Shown: piece by piece, positions 10,064-20,269 of the stretch
How positions within the stretch are numbered: the stretch's first letter is position 1
How the letters are laid out: the number at the start of each line of letters is the position of its first letter
Source of the DNA: a virus
Length of the DNA: 64,000 nucleotides
Direction: 5' to 3' (one strand)
IMG/VR virus record: IMGVR_UViG_3300028584_001241
Notes under the pieces: generated by a model
What the model was told of the DNA's origin: nothing
What the model saw: the letters and a program-made list of their open reading frames with translations, nothing else
Databases searched by the model: none
Translations under genes and position numbers: made by a program

Positions 10064-11974
10064 TTAATGATGTTTTATTTTTGATTTCTTTTTTTGACTC
10101 TTATGGTTCATTTCTAACATGTTTTTATGAGATTGATACATCATGTAAGTAATGTCATTTTCATTGACATGTAAAGAACTTACTACTTTACGAATATTAT
10201 TTCGGATAGCACCCATAATAATACTTCTCAAAGGGAACTGTTTAAAACCGTGTTCTTCAATAACTTCGGCCATTTTTTCTTCAGCAATGATAGCTCTGTC
10301 TTTTTTGTTATTTAAATTTAGGCTGTAACGATCAACATAATTGGTCTTAACGTCTTCAAGTTGTCCTTTACTCTCATAGTAATCATACACTTTATTCATG
10401 GTTCTCTCATAGTTATCACCCATGATGTCTCTTAATGACAAATGACCGAACAACTCATGGCAGATAGTCTTTTCAAGTTCTTTTCTATTCATAATATTAG
10501 GTAGGTAAACATGAATAGAATGAGAATGGGTATCAAACCAACCTGTACAGGATTCAATATTTTTATCTTTACCGACAATAGAATGACTAATATCATCAAA
10601 ATTCGTATGTATTTCACACCTTGGCATATTTTTGTAGTGAAGTCCGATATCCTTAATGATATGTGAAGCCTCAGTGAAAGTAATAGCATTTTCTTTTAAA
10701 GTGAGGTCATGAGCATTCTTGCAAACTCTATGAAGAATATCAGGGTCAGTTAATGAATATTCGCCATTGTTGCCGATAGCACTTTTAATGTTTAATGGAT
10801 TAAATGAGATATAGTGAGTCGTTCCAACAACATGGTTCATGGCTCTAAATCTTTCTGATGGGTCCATCTTTATGGTGTCATAGCCCATTTCCTGTATTGC
10901 CATAGCAAACAATGCTCTTGATCCAGACACATGCATGTTATAGATATTGTCAACCTCAACATAACTGTCACAAAGAGCCATTTGTATGTCTTCATTTTCT
11001 ATGAAATCAAGAGCAGTAAATGTGCTTTCTAATTCTGAAAATTGAGTATTAAACGCTTCCCTAAACTGGTTGGCGTCTGATTCACAACCATTATTTTCTA
11101 ATATTTTAATAATATTATCTCTTAATGCTGGACCTTCACCGGATAGTTTATAGGTTAAGCAACGTTCATCATCTATTTCATAATATTTTTCAATATAGGC
11201 TTTCATTTCTTCTATTTTTTCGAGATCATCTTCGTCTTCTGTATCCATACAACTTGAATCAATCGCACTGTCTAACAAGCCTAACACCTCGTCTAACTCA
11301 GGATAAAGCTCATCTTCTGGATCTGAAAACAATGATTCCAGTTCAATTCTAAAATCAGATGAAATATCTGAGAAGTTTTCATCAAAGTGCTGAAGGAGTT
11401 CATTAAAATCACCATAATCTTCGTCAGCTTCAAACGTATGATTATCAACATCCATAAGTTTTCTTGCCACAAGGAATACTGGCATTACAAAGCCATCATG
11501 TGTTCTTTTTAATTTTTCTTTTTCATGAAATTCAAATAATTCATCCAATAACTCATCATCAATATCTTCACCATCCATTAATAAATCATAGATGTTTTTA
11601 ATTTTTTGATTCATTTCTGAATCTTCTGGATTCTCCAATTGATCTTTGTAGTTCATTTCTAAGAAGTTTTCAAGATCATCAGTGAGCTTATAGCGTTCAT
11701 TATCAGTGTTAACCACATGATCTGGACCTTCACGTCTAGCATAGTTGTCTGAAGCATCATCAAGGCTATCGCTGAAATAGAAACCTTGTCCGAAATAAGC
11801 TTCTGGACGGGTATGCGTGATATCAAAGCTTTCAAACTCCGAAAGAGTGCCTGAATAGAGAACTCTTGGTTCGTCGTCATCGTCCAAGATAGCGTCATTT
11901 TTTATCCATTTGGCAAAATTTGCAGCGGCTTCTTCTTTTTGTATTTTTTCGAGGTGCTTTTTTAAGTTAGACAT
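10064..11974 (-). CDS. Polyvalent protein: ART-PolyVal-like ADP-ribosyltransferase domain with acidic insert plus zincin metallopeptidase (MPTase-PolyVal-like)
   Basis: PRVLYSGT, FGQGFYFS, VMPVFL, GYDTI, FNPLNIKSAIGNNGEY; C-terminal HELFGHLSLR and IAEE. Confidence 0.7.
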   Translation of the reverse strand: MSNLKKHLEKIQKEEAAANFAKWIKNDAILDDDDEPRVLYSGTLSEFESFDITHTRPEAYFGQGFYFSDSLDDASDNYARREGPDHVVNTDNERYKLTDDLENFLEMNYKDQLENPEDSEMNQKIKNIYDLLMDGEDIDDELLDELFEFHEKEKLKRTHDGFVMPVFLVARKLMDVDNHTFEADEDYGDFNELLQHFDENFSDISSDFRIELESLFSDPEDELYPELDEVLGLLDSAIDSSCMDTEDEDDLEKIEEMKAYIEKYYEIDDERCLTYKLSGEGPALRDNIIKILENNGCESDANQFREAFNTQFSELESTFTALDFIENEDIQMALCDSYVEVDNIYNMHVSGSRALFAMAIQEMGYDTIKMDPSERFRAMNHVVGTTHYISFNPLNIKSAIGNNGEYSLTDPDILHRVCKNAHDLTLKENAITFTEASHIIKDIGLHYKNMPRCEIHTNFDDISHSIVGKDKNIESCTGWFDTHSHSIHVYLPNIMNRKELEKTICHELFGHLSLRDIMGDNYERTMNKVYDYYESKGQLEDVKTNYVDRYSLNLNNKKDRAIIAEEKMAEVIEEHGFKQFPLRSIIMGAIRNNIRKVVSSLHVNENDITYMMYQSHKNMLEMNHKSQKKKSKIKHH

Positions 11975-12035
11975 AGTTTATTTAATGTTAATATAAGTAT
12001 ATAATAACATTTAACAGAAAAATTGAAATACATGA

Positions 12036-12599
12036 TTAAAGAAATTGTAAAGTTTTCATGTATTGAATCTGCTGATTGACAGTCTCGCTTTCAACAAAAT
12101 GGTCATGAACGATTTTCAGGCAACAATCATTGGTGCCATCATATTCAGGAATAGTAATGACAATATCAGTTGGTGTTAGTTCTTTTTCATTAACCACATC
12201 ATCAATGAATACAATATGTCGTAATTCTGTATTCAATTTTGTAGCAACGAGTTGTAAGTTCTTTTTATGATAAATCAGTCTTTCTTTTTGATAAGGTACG
12301 ACTTCCTCAATACGCTGACAGTCTTCACGATGAAAGAGAGGTGTTGTAGGATAACCCAAGAATGTGATAATCTGTTGAGCATATTCTTGCGTGGCTCTTG
12401 TGTAGAAGAACACATTATACTTGGCATTGAGATAAGCTAGAAACTCATCCAGAAAAGGACGCTTGTAGAGGGCATATTTGAAAGGCCCACAAGCAAAATA
12501 AAACTCAGCGTCATCTTGACGGTCCATTAAGCACGAATACTGCTTCGTCTTGATTAATGTCTCATCAATGTCTAAACCCACATAAATTTTACCATTCAT
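12036..12599 (-). CDS. HAD phosphatase, NIF/FCP1-like
   Basis: LDIDETLI, KRPFLDEFL, YTRA, FIDD motifs. Confidence 0.85.
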   Translation of the reverse strand: MNGKIYVGLDIDETLIKTKQYSCLMDRQDDAEFYFACGPFKYALYKRPFLDEFLAYLNAKYNVFFYTRATQEYAQQIITFLGYPTTPLFHREDCQRIEEVVPYQKERLIYHKKNLQLVATKLNTELRHIVFIDDVVNEKELTPTDIVITIPEYDGTNDCCLKIVHDHFVESETVNQQIQYMKTLQFL

Positions 12600-12646
12600 A
12601 GCTAATTCCTCTTAGCCTATGATTTTAACACAAAAAAAAAGAACTA

Positions 12647-13084
12647 TCAAATAATTCTTTTCTGTAATAGGAGTGGAAACACTTTTTTAAAGCCTTCACT
12701 GCAATGTGATAACACATGATCAAAGGGCACATATTTAAAATCGTCTACTTCTGGTAATTGGGTTTCATAAATCTTACTGAAAAAAGTGCTTGTGCATATA
12801 GCTTGTTGGTCACAGAGATACTTCTCTCCCACATACTTGAATAAATAAAGATCTTTGCGTTCAGTGTATTCATATAACCCTAAATCAAATAATTCATGAT
12901 GGTTACATCTAAAACCTGATTCTTCTTCTAGTTCTCTAAGTGCAGCTTCAATGTAGTTTTCGTGGAGGTTCTTACCGCCTTTTGGAATGTCCCAGAATTT
13001 TTGTCCAGTAACATGAGCCATAAAGAGTTCTTTTGTTCCCATACGATCCCTAACTATGAGCGTCCCGCAGGATAATTTCTTCAT
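12647..13084 (-). CDS. NUDIX hydrolase
   Basis: WDIPKGG...AALRELEEESG Nudix box. Confidence 0.9.
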   Translation of the reverse strand: MKKLSCGTLIVRDRMGTKELFMAHVTGQKFWDIPKGGKNLHENYIEAALRELEEESGFRCNHHELFDLGLYEYTERKDLYLFKYVGEKYLCDQQAICTSTFFSKIYETQLPEVDDFKYVPFDHVLSHCSEGFKKVFPLLLQKRII

Positions 13085-13149
13085 AATATAAGTCCGTTAA
13101 TTGTTTATTATTATTATAACATATTGAATACAAATGTGAATATCCTATT

Positions 13150-14157
13150 CTATATTCTTAAAGATATTTTTTTCTTTATTTCTGGTTTAGGAATGTTCTC
13201 CATCATAGTTTGGAACACACCGAAAGTATGATAGGAATCATTACCAGCGTTATGGAGAAAAGTATAAGGAATGTCAAAGTGCTTTAACATGTGTGACAAG
13301 CGTTTCAGATTAGGCTCTTTTTCATCAAAATATTGTTTATATACTAACTGAGTATCATAAACTTCTAAATTCGAATAATCAATATTATTGACATCCATAA
13401 ATCGTAATTCAGTGGAATAACCATGCACAATCATGACTTCATTATCATTGATAGTATCTCTTAATACAGACTCAATATCCGCAATAGTAATCGTCTCTGT
13501 TTCTCCAAATAAGAACAGTTCTTGTAAGAATGCTTTACTGCTATACTTTCTATTTTCTTCAATGAGGTAATGTTTAGAAGTGGTAACGCCATCTTCATAA
13601 AAAGTAAACCCAATTTCAGAAATTTGAGATAACTGAAACATCTCCTTGTCATTAGGTTCAAATTCAAAATCAACGGAAACAATCTTTTTATTCATAACTG
13701 AGTTGTCTACGACACCATAGAGTGTATTAAGCTCACTTAACTTGGCCTTTTTACGTGCTCTTTCTTCTTCCATCTCTCTTATAACGCCAGAAATTTCATC
13801 AAGCTGTTTAAAGGCTAATACAGCATCTTTCAATTGAGAAGAGCTTTTGACGTTGTGGCTGTAATAATTGTCAACTTCAACACCTTTTATATTGCTGATG
13901 TCTATGTTGAAGCCTAGCCCCATATTCATTTTTGCAAAAAGATTAATTTTGGAAAGATGATCTTCATCAATGTGAAAAGTAAAATGAGGATCTTCACTGA
14001 TAATCATATAAACCTTGTCTACTGACAACTGATCAATAGCATAGCGTGTAGAATAAAGTTCACTTATTTTTTTGACAGCAATTTTCTTTTCATCACTAGA
14101 GCCTTTGAAGCTGTTGATTATTTGGTTTCTAACATCGGTTAAGTTATAAAGTATCAT
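13150..14157 (-). CDS. DEDDh 3'-5' exonuclease domain protein
   Basis: SVDFEF, VHG, YDTQ, LHNAGNDSY motifs. Confidence 0.75.
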   Translation of the reverse strand: MILYNLTDVRNQIINSFKGSSDEKKIAVKKISELYSTRYAIDQLSVDKVYMIISEDPHFTFHIDEDHLSKINLFAKMNMGLGFNIDISNIKGVEVDNYYSHNVKSSSQLKDAVLAFKQLDEISGVIREMEEERARKKAKLSELNTLYGVVDNSVMNKKIVSVDFEFEPNDKEMFQLSQISEIGFTFYEDGVTTSKHYLIEENRKYSSKAFLQELFLFGETETITIADIESVLRDTINDNEVMIVHGYSTELRFMDVNNIDYSNLEVYDTQLVYKQYFDEKEPNLKRLSHMLKHFDIPYTFLHNAGNDSYHTFGVFQTMMENIPKPEIKKKISLRI

Positions 14158-14216
14158 GATAAATTAATAATAGTTAATATCATAATATCATATTATATAA
14201 AAAAAACTAGCCGAAG

Positions 14217-15041
14217 CTAGTTTTCTATACGTTTAAATTCATTGACTATTTCGTGATATTCCTCGATGGAAATGTCTAAACGTTTAAGCCAATTATTGAA
14301 ATATTCATCCAGCCTTTCTTTCTTCGGATGTGTCTTTGAATGATAAATAATAAAATCAGCATAGTTCTGGATTTTATCAGCTATCAACATATCATTAACT
14401 TCTTTCAATGGACTGAGTTCTATTTCACTGATGTTACTGATCGTTCTGTTCGACAAATAAGCATTAGCTATGTTTCGATATTCCATTGTAAGACCAATCA
14501 CTTCTGCAGAAAAAGTGTCTTTGACGTATTCCCAGTTTTTAGCTAAATCATTAGCACTTTGTATCAATGGGTGTAGACAAAATGCCTTCATTGCACTTTC
14601 AGTCGCTCCAATACGGTGAAGAATATAAATACCTTCATCAATATGGTTCATGAGGTAACACTGACTACGTTCTGCTTTCTGATCACCATAGAAATCTTGG
14701 ACAGCTTTGTATTCAAGCGTCTCCGTAAATAAGGCACCTAAAACATACGCTTTCTTTTTAGCAATCAAAAATTCTTCAATATGGCAATCAGGAGACGTAA
14801 CGATACGTTCGTTGATCGAACCAATAACACTGCTAGAAAAACCTTTCCCTCGGGATGAAGCATAGCAATAATAAGATTTAAAGGCTTCATTATCTTTTAT
14901 AAAAGTTGTGATCAATCCACCGGGAGCTTCCGTAATATCCTTCTGCCATACAAAACCATACGGTAATAGTTGTCGGGCACGAGTTTGAAAATAGTTGATA
15001 ACTTCTTCTTTTGTATCCGCATCATATTCTAAACGTTTCAT
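14217..15041 (-). CDS. Hypothetical protein: GNAT-like fragment plus degenerate RelA/SpoT-type HD domain
   Basis: SSRGKG; YGDQKAERS..YLMNH, FCLHP, LIADKIQN. Confidence 0.55.
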   Translation of the reverse strand: MKRLEYDADTKEEVINYFQTRARQLLPYGFVWQKDITEAPGGLITTFIKDNEAFKSYYCYASSRGKGFSSSVIGSINERIVTSPDCHIEEFLIAKKKAYVLGALFTETLEYKAVQDFYGDQKAERSQCYLMNHIDEGIYILHRIGATESAMKAFCLHPLIQSANDLAKNWEYVKDTFSAEVIGLTMEYRNIANAYLSNRTISNISEIELSPLKEVNDMLIADKIQNYADFIIYHSKTHPKKERLDEYFNNWLKRLDISIEEYHEIVNEFKRIEN

Positions 15042-15090
15042 GAAAAACTCCTATAAAAAGAACTTACGAATAAGCTCTTTTGTCGATTAA

Positions 15091-15546
15091 TTAAATACCA
15101 GCTTCCGTGAAAACATAATCCCAGTTACGTGAGAACTTGATGACTTGACCACCATGATCTGCAAAAGAATTAGCATTGGCCCATTCTGGATGGTCGTCAA
15201 TAAGAATATGACCTTCTTGTCCTAACGCACCTTTATCGGGTGAAATAATAATACGATCAGCAAATTCAGGAAAATGCTCTTGAACCCAGAAAATCTTTTC
15301 GGAAGCTGCATAAGGGTTCGCTGTTGGAATTTTTGTTAGAATGAATATCTCATAACCTGCTTCAATAAAACGCTTAACCGCTTCTTTTGCACCTTCCATG
15401 ACTGGAAGATGGCGGTAAGCATCAATCTTCACTTTAAGTTCGTTAAAAGGAATGTTACGGTCAATCGCTTCCTTCTCAAAGTCAGCCAACACACCATCCA
15501 TATCAAAGTAAACTCGTTTTTCGTTTGTGTAAGTTTTTACGCCCAT
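15091..15546 (-). CDS. 5'(3')-deoxyribonucleotidase (HAD family)
   Basis: YFDMDGVLADF, EKIFWV, ILIDDHP; start moved to ATG after TAAGGAG RBS. Confidence 0.85.
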   Translation of the reverse strand: MGVKTYTNEKRVYFDMDGVLADFEKEAIDRNIPFNELKVKIDAYRHLPVMEGAKEAVKRFIEAGYEIFILTKIPTANPYAASEKIFWVQEHFPEFADRIIISPDKGALGQEGHILIDDHPEWANANSFADHGGQVIKFSRNWDYVFTEAGI

Positions 15547-15652
15547 AATGAAACTCCTTATATTTAATGCCTCTATTATAGTAAATTTTGCATGGAATGT
15601 CAACGAACACAAGGTGTAAAGTGTTATTTCTACAAAATTAATAGTGATTTGG

Positions 15653-16420
15653 TTAGAATTCAAAAGCTATTGTTCCTGCTGGAATAACTCCCTTGTTACC
15701 TAAACAAATATCTTCGTCTATTGTTTTATCATCAATGATTTGTGAATTAATAATAATTCTAGAAAAATTTTTCTTAAATTCTATATTACTGTATCCATCG
15801 ATCAAGGATCTACAAAAAGGCCCGTAGTAATAACCATTATAAGTAATGATATTCTTTAAAGGTAAGTTGGTTACTTTATCTTTTATATCTTTCTCATAGG
15901 TTACTTCACCGGGGATTTTATTAACTTCCGTAATACAATCATAAATAGAACCTATGTTTCTAGTCTTAATACATTTTTTATTTTTGATAGAATCGTGTAA
16001 ACGGGTCAACTCACTTGTAATCAGTTGAGTGTTTTTAAGTTCATATTGTTGATCAAGTATATAAAAGGTTGGAATGGAAACAAGAAATAAGAAGACACCA
16101 ATAATACAGTAAACCTTTTGTGGATAATGACGCTTATCATCATTTTTGTCGTCCATTAATACAAAAATTTTCATATAACGATTTAGAATGACAAATAAAA
16201 AGAAACTCACTACAAATGTTAATATGTAACATAAACCTAATGCAAAAGGAATACGGTTAATCATTTCATGAGCGATATACTTACTGGTCGTATAGGAGTC
16301 AAGCAAGTTAGCTCCTAAAAATATACTGACAATCATGGTAGGGAACAAAACAAAAAACCATTTCGTTAAACCATTGATAAATTTTATATAAGTTGCTTTG
16401 ATGTTTTTCATATTGTTCAC
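15653..16420 (-). CDS. 3-TM membrane protein with Cys-containing, possibly pilin-like periplasmic domain (paralog of 21699..22481)
   Basis: Shared ITYN...FCR.L...F..I.I motif and terminal Cys. Confidence 0.7.
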   Translation of the reverse strand: MNNMKNIKATYIKFINGLTKWFFVLFPTMIVSIFLGANLLDSYTTSKYIAHEMINRIPFALGLCYILTFVVSFFLFVILNRYMKIFVLMDDKNDDKRHYPQKVYCIIGVFLFLVSIPTFYILDQQYELKNTQLITSELTRLHDSIKNKKCIKTRNIGSIYDCITEVNKIPGEVTYEKDIKDKVTNLPLKNIITYNGYYYGPFCRSLIDGYSNIEFKKNFSRIIINSQIIDDKTIDEDICLGNKGVIPAGTIAFEF

Positions 16421-16643
16421 CTATTTTCAATTAACATTGATTAAATAATTAGAACAAGAAATCCATTTGTTCCGACACAAAGGTTGCTTTATGATATCAT
16501 GCCGGAAATTCTTACATCTGTTTTAACACAATTTTGAGAACTTACAACTTGAACTGACGACTAGCTGTCTAATTTAAGTCATTTTAATGGTTGACAAAAA
16601 ATAGTAAAAAATGTAAAATCGACCTACTTTTAGGGCTTAAAAT

Positions 16644-17399
16644 ATGAATATTATTAACTTTTTTAAATACAAATATAATATATCGTTATTATTCATAATG
16701 ACTATCATTACCAATACCATCATTAATAGTCAATTCATCAACACAAGTCTAAGTGACTTTATCGTTTACAACAGTATTATTGTTGGGATTTTTTTAATAT
16801 CAATCATTTATAAAAAAGATCGAAAGAAGACATTAATACAACATAACACTTATGAAAAAGTAGGGAAATTAATAATGCTGGTTTTGGGGATTTGTTTAAC
16901 ATCAACAATGACTTCAATATTAATGGCTTTCAACTTTTTTCAAGCAAATGAACTTATGATGACGTATCATCAAACTATCATCATTACTCCAATGATTGCT
17001 TTAACAATAATGGGATTAGCACACGTTAAAAATCTTCTTTATCTCTTTATTTGCATGATTAACCCTGCAATAACATTAGTCATGATGAAAGATACTGATA
17101 ATATAAACAAAAAGTTAGAAAAAGAACTAAAAAAAATAAGACGTTTTTTTAAAGACAAATCAATATACTTTCAACATACACCCCCTAATTATTTAGTAGA
17201 CATATTGAATTGTGTATCATTTAAAGCGGTTTCAAAGAAAAATAAAGCAACCTATAAATTTGATTACAATACATTTTACTATAATGATAACGAATTTAAC
17301 AAACTGGAACTGTACAATTACTTAAAAACAGAAAAGTTAAAAATAGATACAATGTCGGAAGAAGATTGGAAAATTGCTGAGATGTATTTAATTCATTGA
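16644..17399 (+). CDS. Membrane protein with C-terminal tag domain
   Basis: TM helices; ends EEDWKIAEMYLIH; TTGACA-N17-TAAAAT promoter upstream. Confidence 0.75.
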   Translation: MNIINFFKYKYNISLLFIMTIITNTIINSQFINTSLSDFIVYNSIIVGIFLISIIYKKDRKKTLIQHNTYEKVGKLIMLVLGICLTSTMTSILMAFNFFQANELMMTYHQTIIITPMIALTIMGLAHVKNLLYLFICMINPAITLVMMKDTDNINKKLEKELKKIRRFFKDKSIYFQHTPPNYLVDILNCVSFKAVSKKNKATYKFDYNTFYYNDNEFNKLELYNYLKTEKLKIDTMSEEDWKIAEMYLIH

Positions 17400-17413
17400 A
17401 TTGGAGTTATAAA

Positions 17414-18082
17414 ATGAAAAAGTATTCACTGTTTAAATTTTTTGTAAAAAACACACTGGCATTAACATTACTGATACTAATCCCCGATGTGTTATTCACA
17501 CTCTATCTAATAACCCAGCAAGTAGCTGAGTATAATGCAGATGGATTAAGTGCATTAAGTTTAATCATGTTATTGATTAAGTGTGTTGCCTTGGAATTTG
17601 CTATACGTTCTCTTAGAAAAGATTATAAGGAGAAAATGATTTTCACTATTTTTAAACCTTATATTAATTTAATCTTCATACCTGTTTGTTTATCGTATTA
17701 TTATATAATTTTATCAGGTCTTTTTGTGGATAAGTTTTATGAAAGCCTAATCGGCATTATCTCTGTTCTCATACTGGGGCTTCAAGTGATTGTCATTGTT
17801 AAAAGATTGGGGACATACAATATCTATAAGGATAGATTTCAAAATTTGAAGAACGTAAAACAACTGATACATTTTGATGGTTATGTTGAAATCAGCATTG
17901 ATATGAAATTAGAATCACTAAACTTCCGATTAGGTGATTTTAAGGTTGATGAGGAACAACTTTACTACAAAACACATATCTTTAATTATGACAGGTTTAC
18001 AAATTACATAAAAGACTTCAATATCAATATAACAAAGATGACAGATGATGATTTTATGATTGCTAAAATGTATTGTATTTAA
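17414..18082 (+). CDS. Membrane protein with C-terminal MxxI tag (paralog of 16644)
   Basis: 4 TM; ends DDDFMIAKMYCI; GGAG RBS before ATG 17414. Confidence 0.75.
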   Translation: MKKYSLFKFFVKNTLALTLLILIPDVLFTLYLITQQVAEYNADGLSALSLIMLLIKCVALEFAIRSLRKDYKEKMIFTIFKPYINLIFIPVCLSYYYIILSGLFVDKFYESLIGIISVLILGLQVIVIVKRLGTYNIYKDRFQNLKNVKQLIHFDGYVEISIDMKLESLNFRLGDFKVDEEQLYYKTHIFNYDRFTNYIKDFNINITKMTDDDFMIAKMYCI

Positions 18083-18159
18083 TTGAAGTCTAACGATAGT
18101 GATTGACATTTAAATAAAATAATTATATCATAAAGAGCTTAATTAGAGGTGTAAATAAC

Positions 18160-18330
18160 ATGAACGTAAAAAATGATAACGTATCTCCCGAAGAAGAACT
18201 ACTTGATAAAAAATTAGAATTTATTTTTGGTGTCGATGAGATAAAACAAAAAGACTTATTAAAAATAAAAAGTCTTTTGGTTGATTTGTATGAAGAAAAA
18301 TATGGAAGTATACCTATTTTAAATCTTTAA
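18160..18330 (+). CDS. Small protein (56 aa)
   Basis: GAGGT RBS and TTGACA-N17-TATCAT promoter; not in ORF track. Confidence 0.6.
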   Translation: MNVKNDNVSPEEELLDKKLEFIFGVDEIKQKDLLKIKSLLVDLYEEKYGSIPILNL

Positions 18331-19757
18331 CCTTGTTTTACTTTTGGCATAAAGTTTTGATGGTGTATGTTAACTTGATCAGAGCGTTTTCTCTTATCTG
18401 TATCAAGAACACTTAAATCATATTCCATACCATCAAATTTTTGAACACGTTTAAACTCATTCGTTTTTGTGAAATGATTTCTAAACATAGCCAACAAATC
18501 GGGTGTCTTCTCAAATAATTTGGTTACTTTCTCTTTATAGGATTTAACCATTTTCTTAGCTTCTTCAAATTCCTTCTGGAATGTTTCTGTTCTAGCAACA
18601 CCACGATAGCTAGTATTAAACAAATCTTTTGATTCTAATGTATTAAGACTTTTACCATGTCTCAACAATTCATTGTTACCAGACTGATTGATAGAATGCG
18701 GGGTAATGTCATAGAATGGAGCAAATTCAAAGTCTGGCTTATTAGTCAAAGGATTTGAGTTCTGGTTCAATAAGACTTTAAGATTACCACCATGCATATC
18801 AGTGTTACCAATAAGAAGGTTAAAAGACATTGCTTTCATTAAATCTTTTTGAACTTTATTCTTCTTGGCTTCTACATATTCCTTAGTATCACCATCAAGA
18901 TTAGACGAATCATGAACAGCATTAGCAAGCTTCATAGCAACAAGGTAGGAATGTTCATAGTTCTCATCATTTAACTTGGCTGTATTGTTTGAGAAACACT
19001 TAGCCATATCATTCATGTCATACGATAATTTGGTGCTGTAAAAAGCATTGTTATCTGCTACCTGAATAGCTGTACCTCTCTCATCTTTAATCACATTAAG
19101 TTCAAATGAATTCGATTTGTTGAAGTTTTCCATGATCAAGTAAGGACGATTATCAATGGTTTCTAATCTGTATTTAGGCACATTCAATCCGCTTTCTTTT
19201 AATGTTTCAAGAGCAGCGAATTCTAACAATGTTTTGTAGTCATTAGCAGGGTCTGCTGCAGCTTTAATCATAATGTGACTGCCCATTACTTTGTTGCCAT
19301 CTTTACTTAACTGAATAGATTTAACAACAAGACTTTCTTTATCACCTTCTAAGTCGGATTTAACTGCATTATCGAACACACTTGATATAGAATCATTGTT
19401 AGTCACAAACTGCCCTTTTCTGAGGTAGATTTGTTCATTTGAAATATCACCAATTGATAATTCAGTAAAACCTTTCTTAGCTGTGTTCTTGACGAAATCA
19501 AACACACTACCCACATCAGTCATAGGTCTGCCATAATAAGCATCAACTTCTCTTTTGTTGGTTTTCAACAGTGTTAAGATGTCGCTTCTGTCCAAGTAAT
19601 CTTTCTTAGCCAGTTCACGAAATGAATTTTGTCCATCAATAGTAAACGATACTTTAGCTTTGTCATCGTTGATATGTTTTATAGTGCCGATTGTCTGTTT
19701 CTTGCCATTTATATCGTAATAAGCAATTTCTTCGCCAATTAATTTGTAATAATCCAT
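18327..19757 (-). CDS. HipA-like Ser/Thr kinase
   Basis: IMIK, LEFAAL..L...GL.VP, NLLIGNTDMHGGNL, FAPFYDI. Confidence 0.8.
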   Translation of the reverse strand: MDYYKLIGEEIAYYDINGKKQTIGTIKHINDDKAKVSFTIDGQNSFRELAKKDYLDRSDILTLLKTNKREVDAYYGRPMTDVGSVFDFVKNTAKKGFTELSIGDISNEQIYLRKGQFVTNNDSISSVFDNAVKSDLEGDKESLVVKSIQLSKDGNKVMGSHIMIKAAADPANDYKTLLEFAALETLKESGLNVPKYRLETIDNRPYLIMENFNKSNSFELNVIKDERGTAIQVADNNAFYSTKLSYDMNDMAKCFSNNTAKLNDENYEHSYLVAMKLANAVHDSSNLDGDTKEYVEAKKNKVQKDLMKAMSFNLLIGNTDMHGGNLKVLLNQNSNPLTNKPDFEFAPFYDITPHSINQSGNNELLRHGKSLNTLESKDLFNTSYRGVARTETFQKEFEEAKKMVKSYKEKVTKLFEKTPDLLAMFRNHFTKTNEFKRVQKFDGMEYDLSVLDTDKRKRSDQVNIHHQNFMPKVKQG

Positions 19758-19814
19758 TGTTATTTTCTATTGTTTTCTATATAATATTGTAGCACATTGA
19801 GGCAAATATAAAAG

Positions 19815-20267
19815 ATGAATAATATAATATTTCTAGATATAGATGGCGTATTAAAACATCCCACCAAGAATAGCTGGTATCCAGAGGCCGTTGCTTGTCT
19901 TAATGCTTACTGCAGCTATAACAATATAGACATAGTTATCTCATCGACATGGAGACTGATTAAAGATATTGAATTCTTTAATACACTGCTCAATAATCGA
20001 GTCATAGGTATAACGCCTGACTTATCAAAATATCATGAAAAACATACCCGAGAAATCGAATGCAGTCTGTATGTAAAAGACAATCAGATTAAACACTATG
20101 CCATGATTGATGATAAAACAGATGACTATAAGAATCTCTCAAACGTCATTAAAACAAATGCTCAGATAGGTATTGATTTAAGTATACTTTTTAAAGTAAA
20201 CGAAATATTGAAAGGCAGTCTTGATTATTTGATTACTGAAAGAATTGATATAGTGGATAAGTTTTAA
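19815..20267 (+). CDS. HAD phosphatase, Swiss-Army-Knife RNA-repair type
   Basis: FLDIDGVL, IVISSTWR, IGITPDL, MIDD. Confidence 0.8.
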   Translation: MNNIIFLDIDGVLKHPTKNSWYPEAVACLNAYCSYNNIDIVISSTWRLIKDIEFFNTLLNNRVIGITPDLSKYHEKHTREIECSLYVKDNQIKHYAMIDDKTDDYKNLSNVIKTNAQIGIDLSILFKVNEILKGSLDYLITERIDIVDKF

Positions 20268-20269
20268 GA

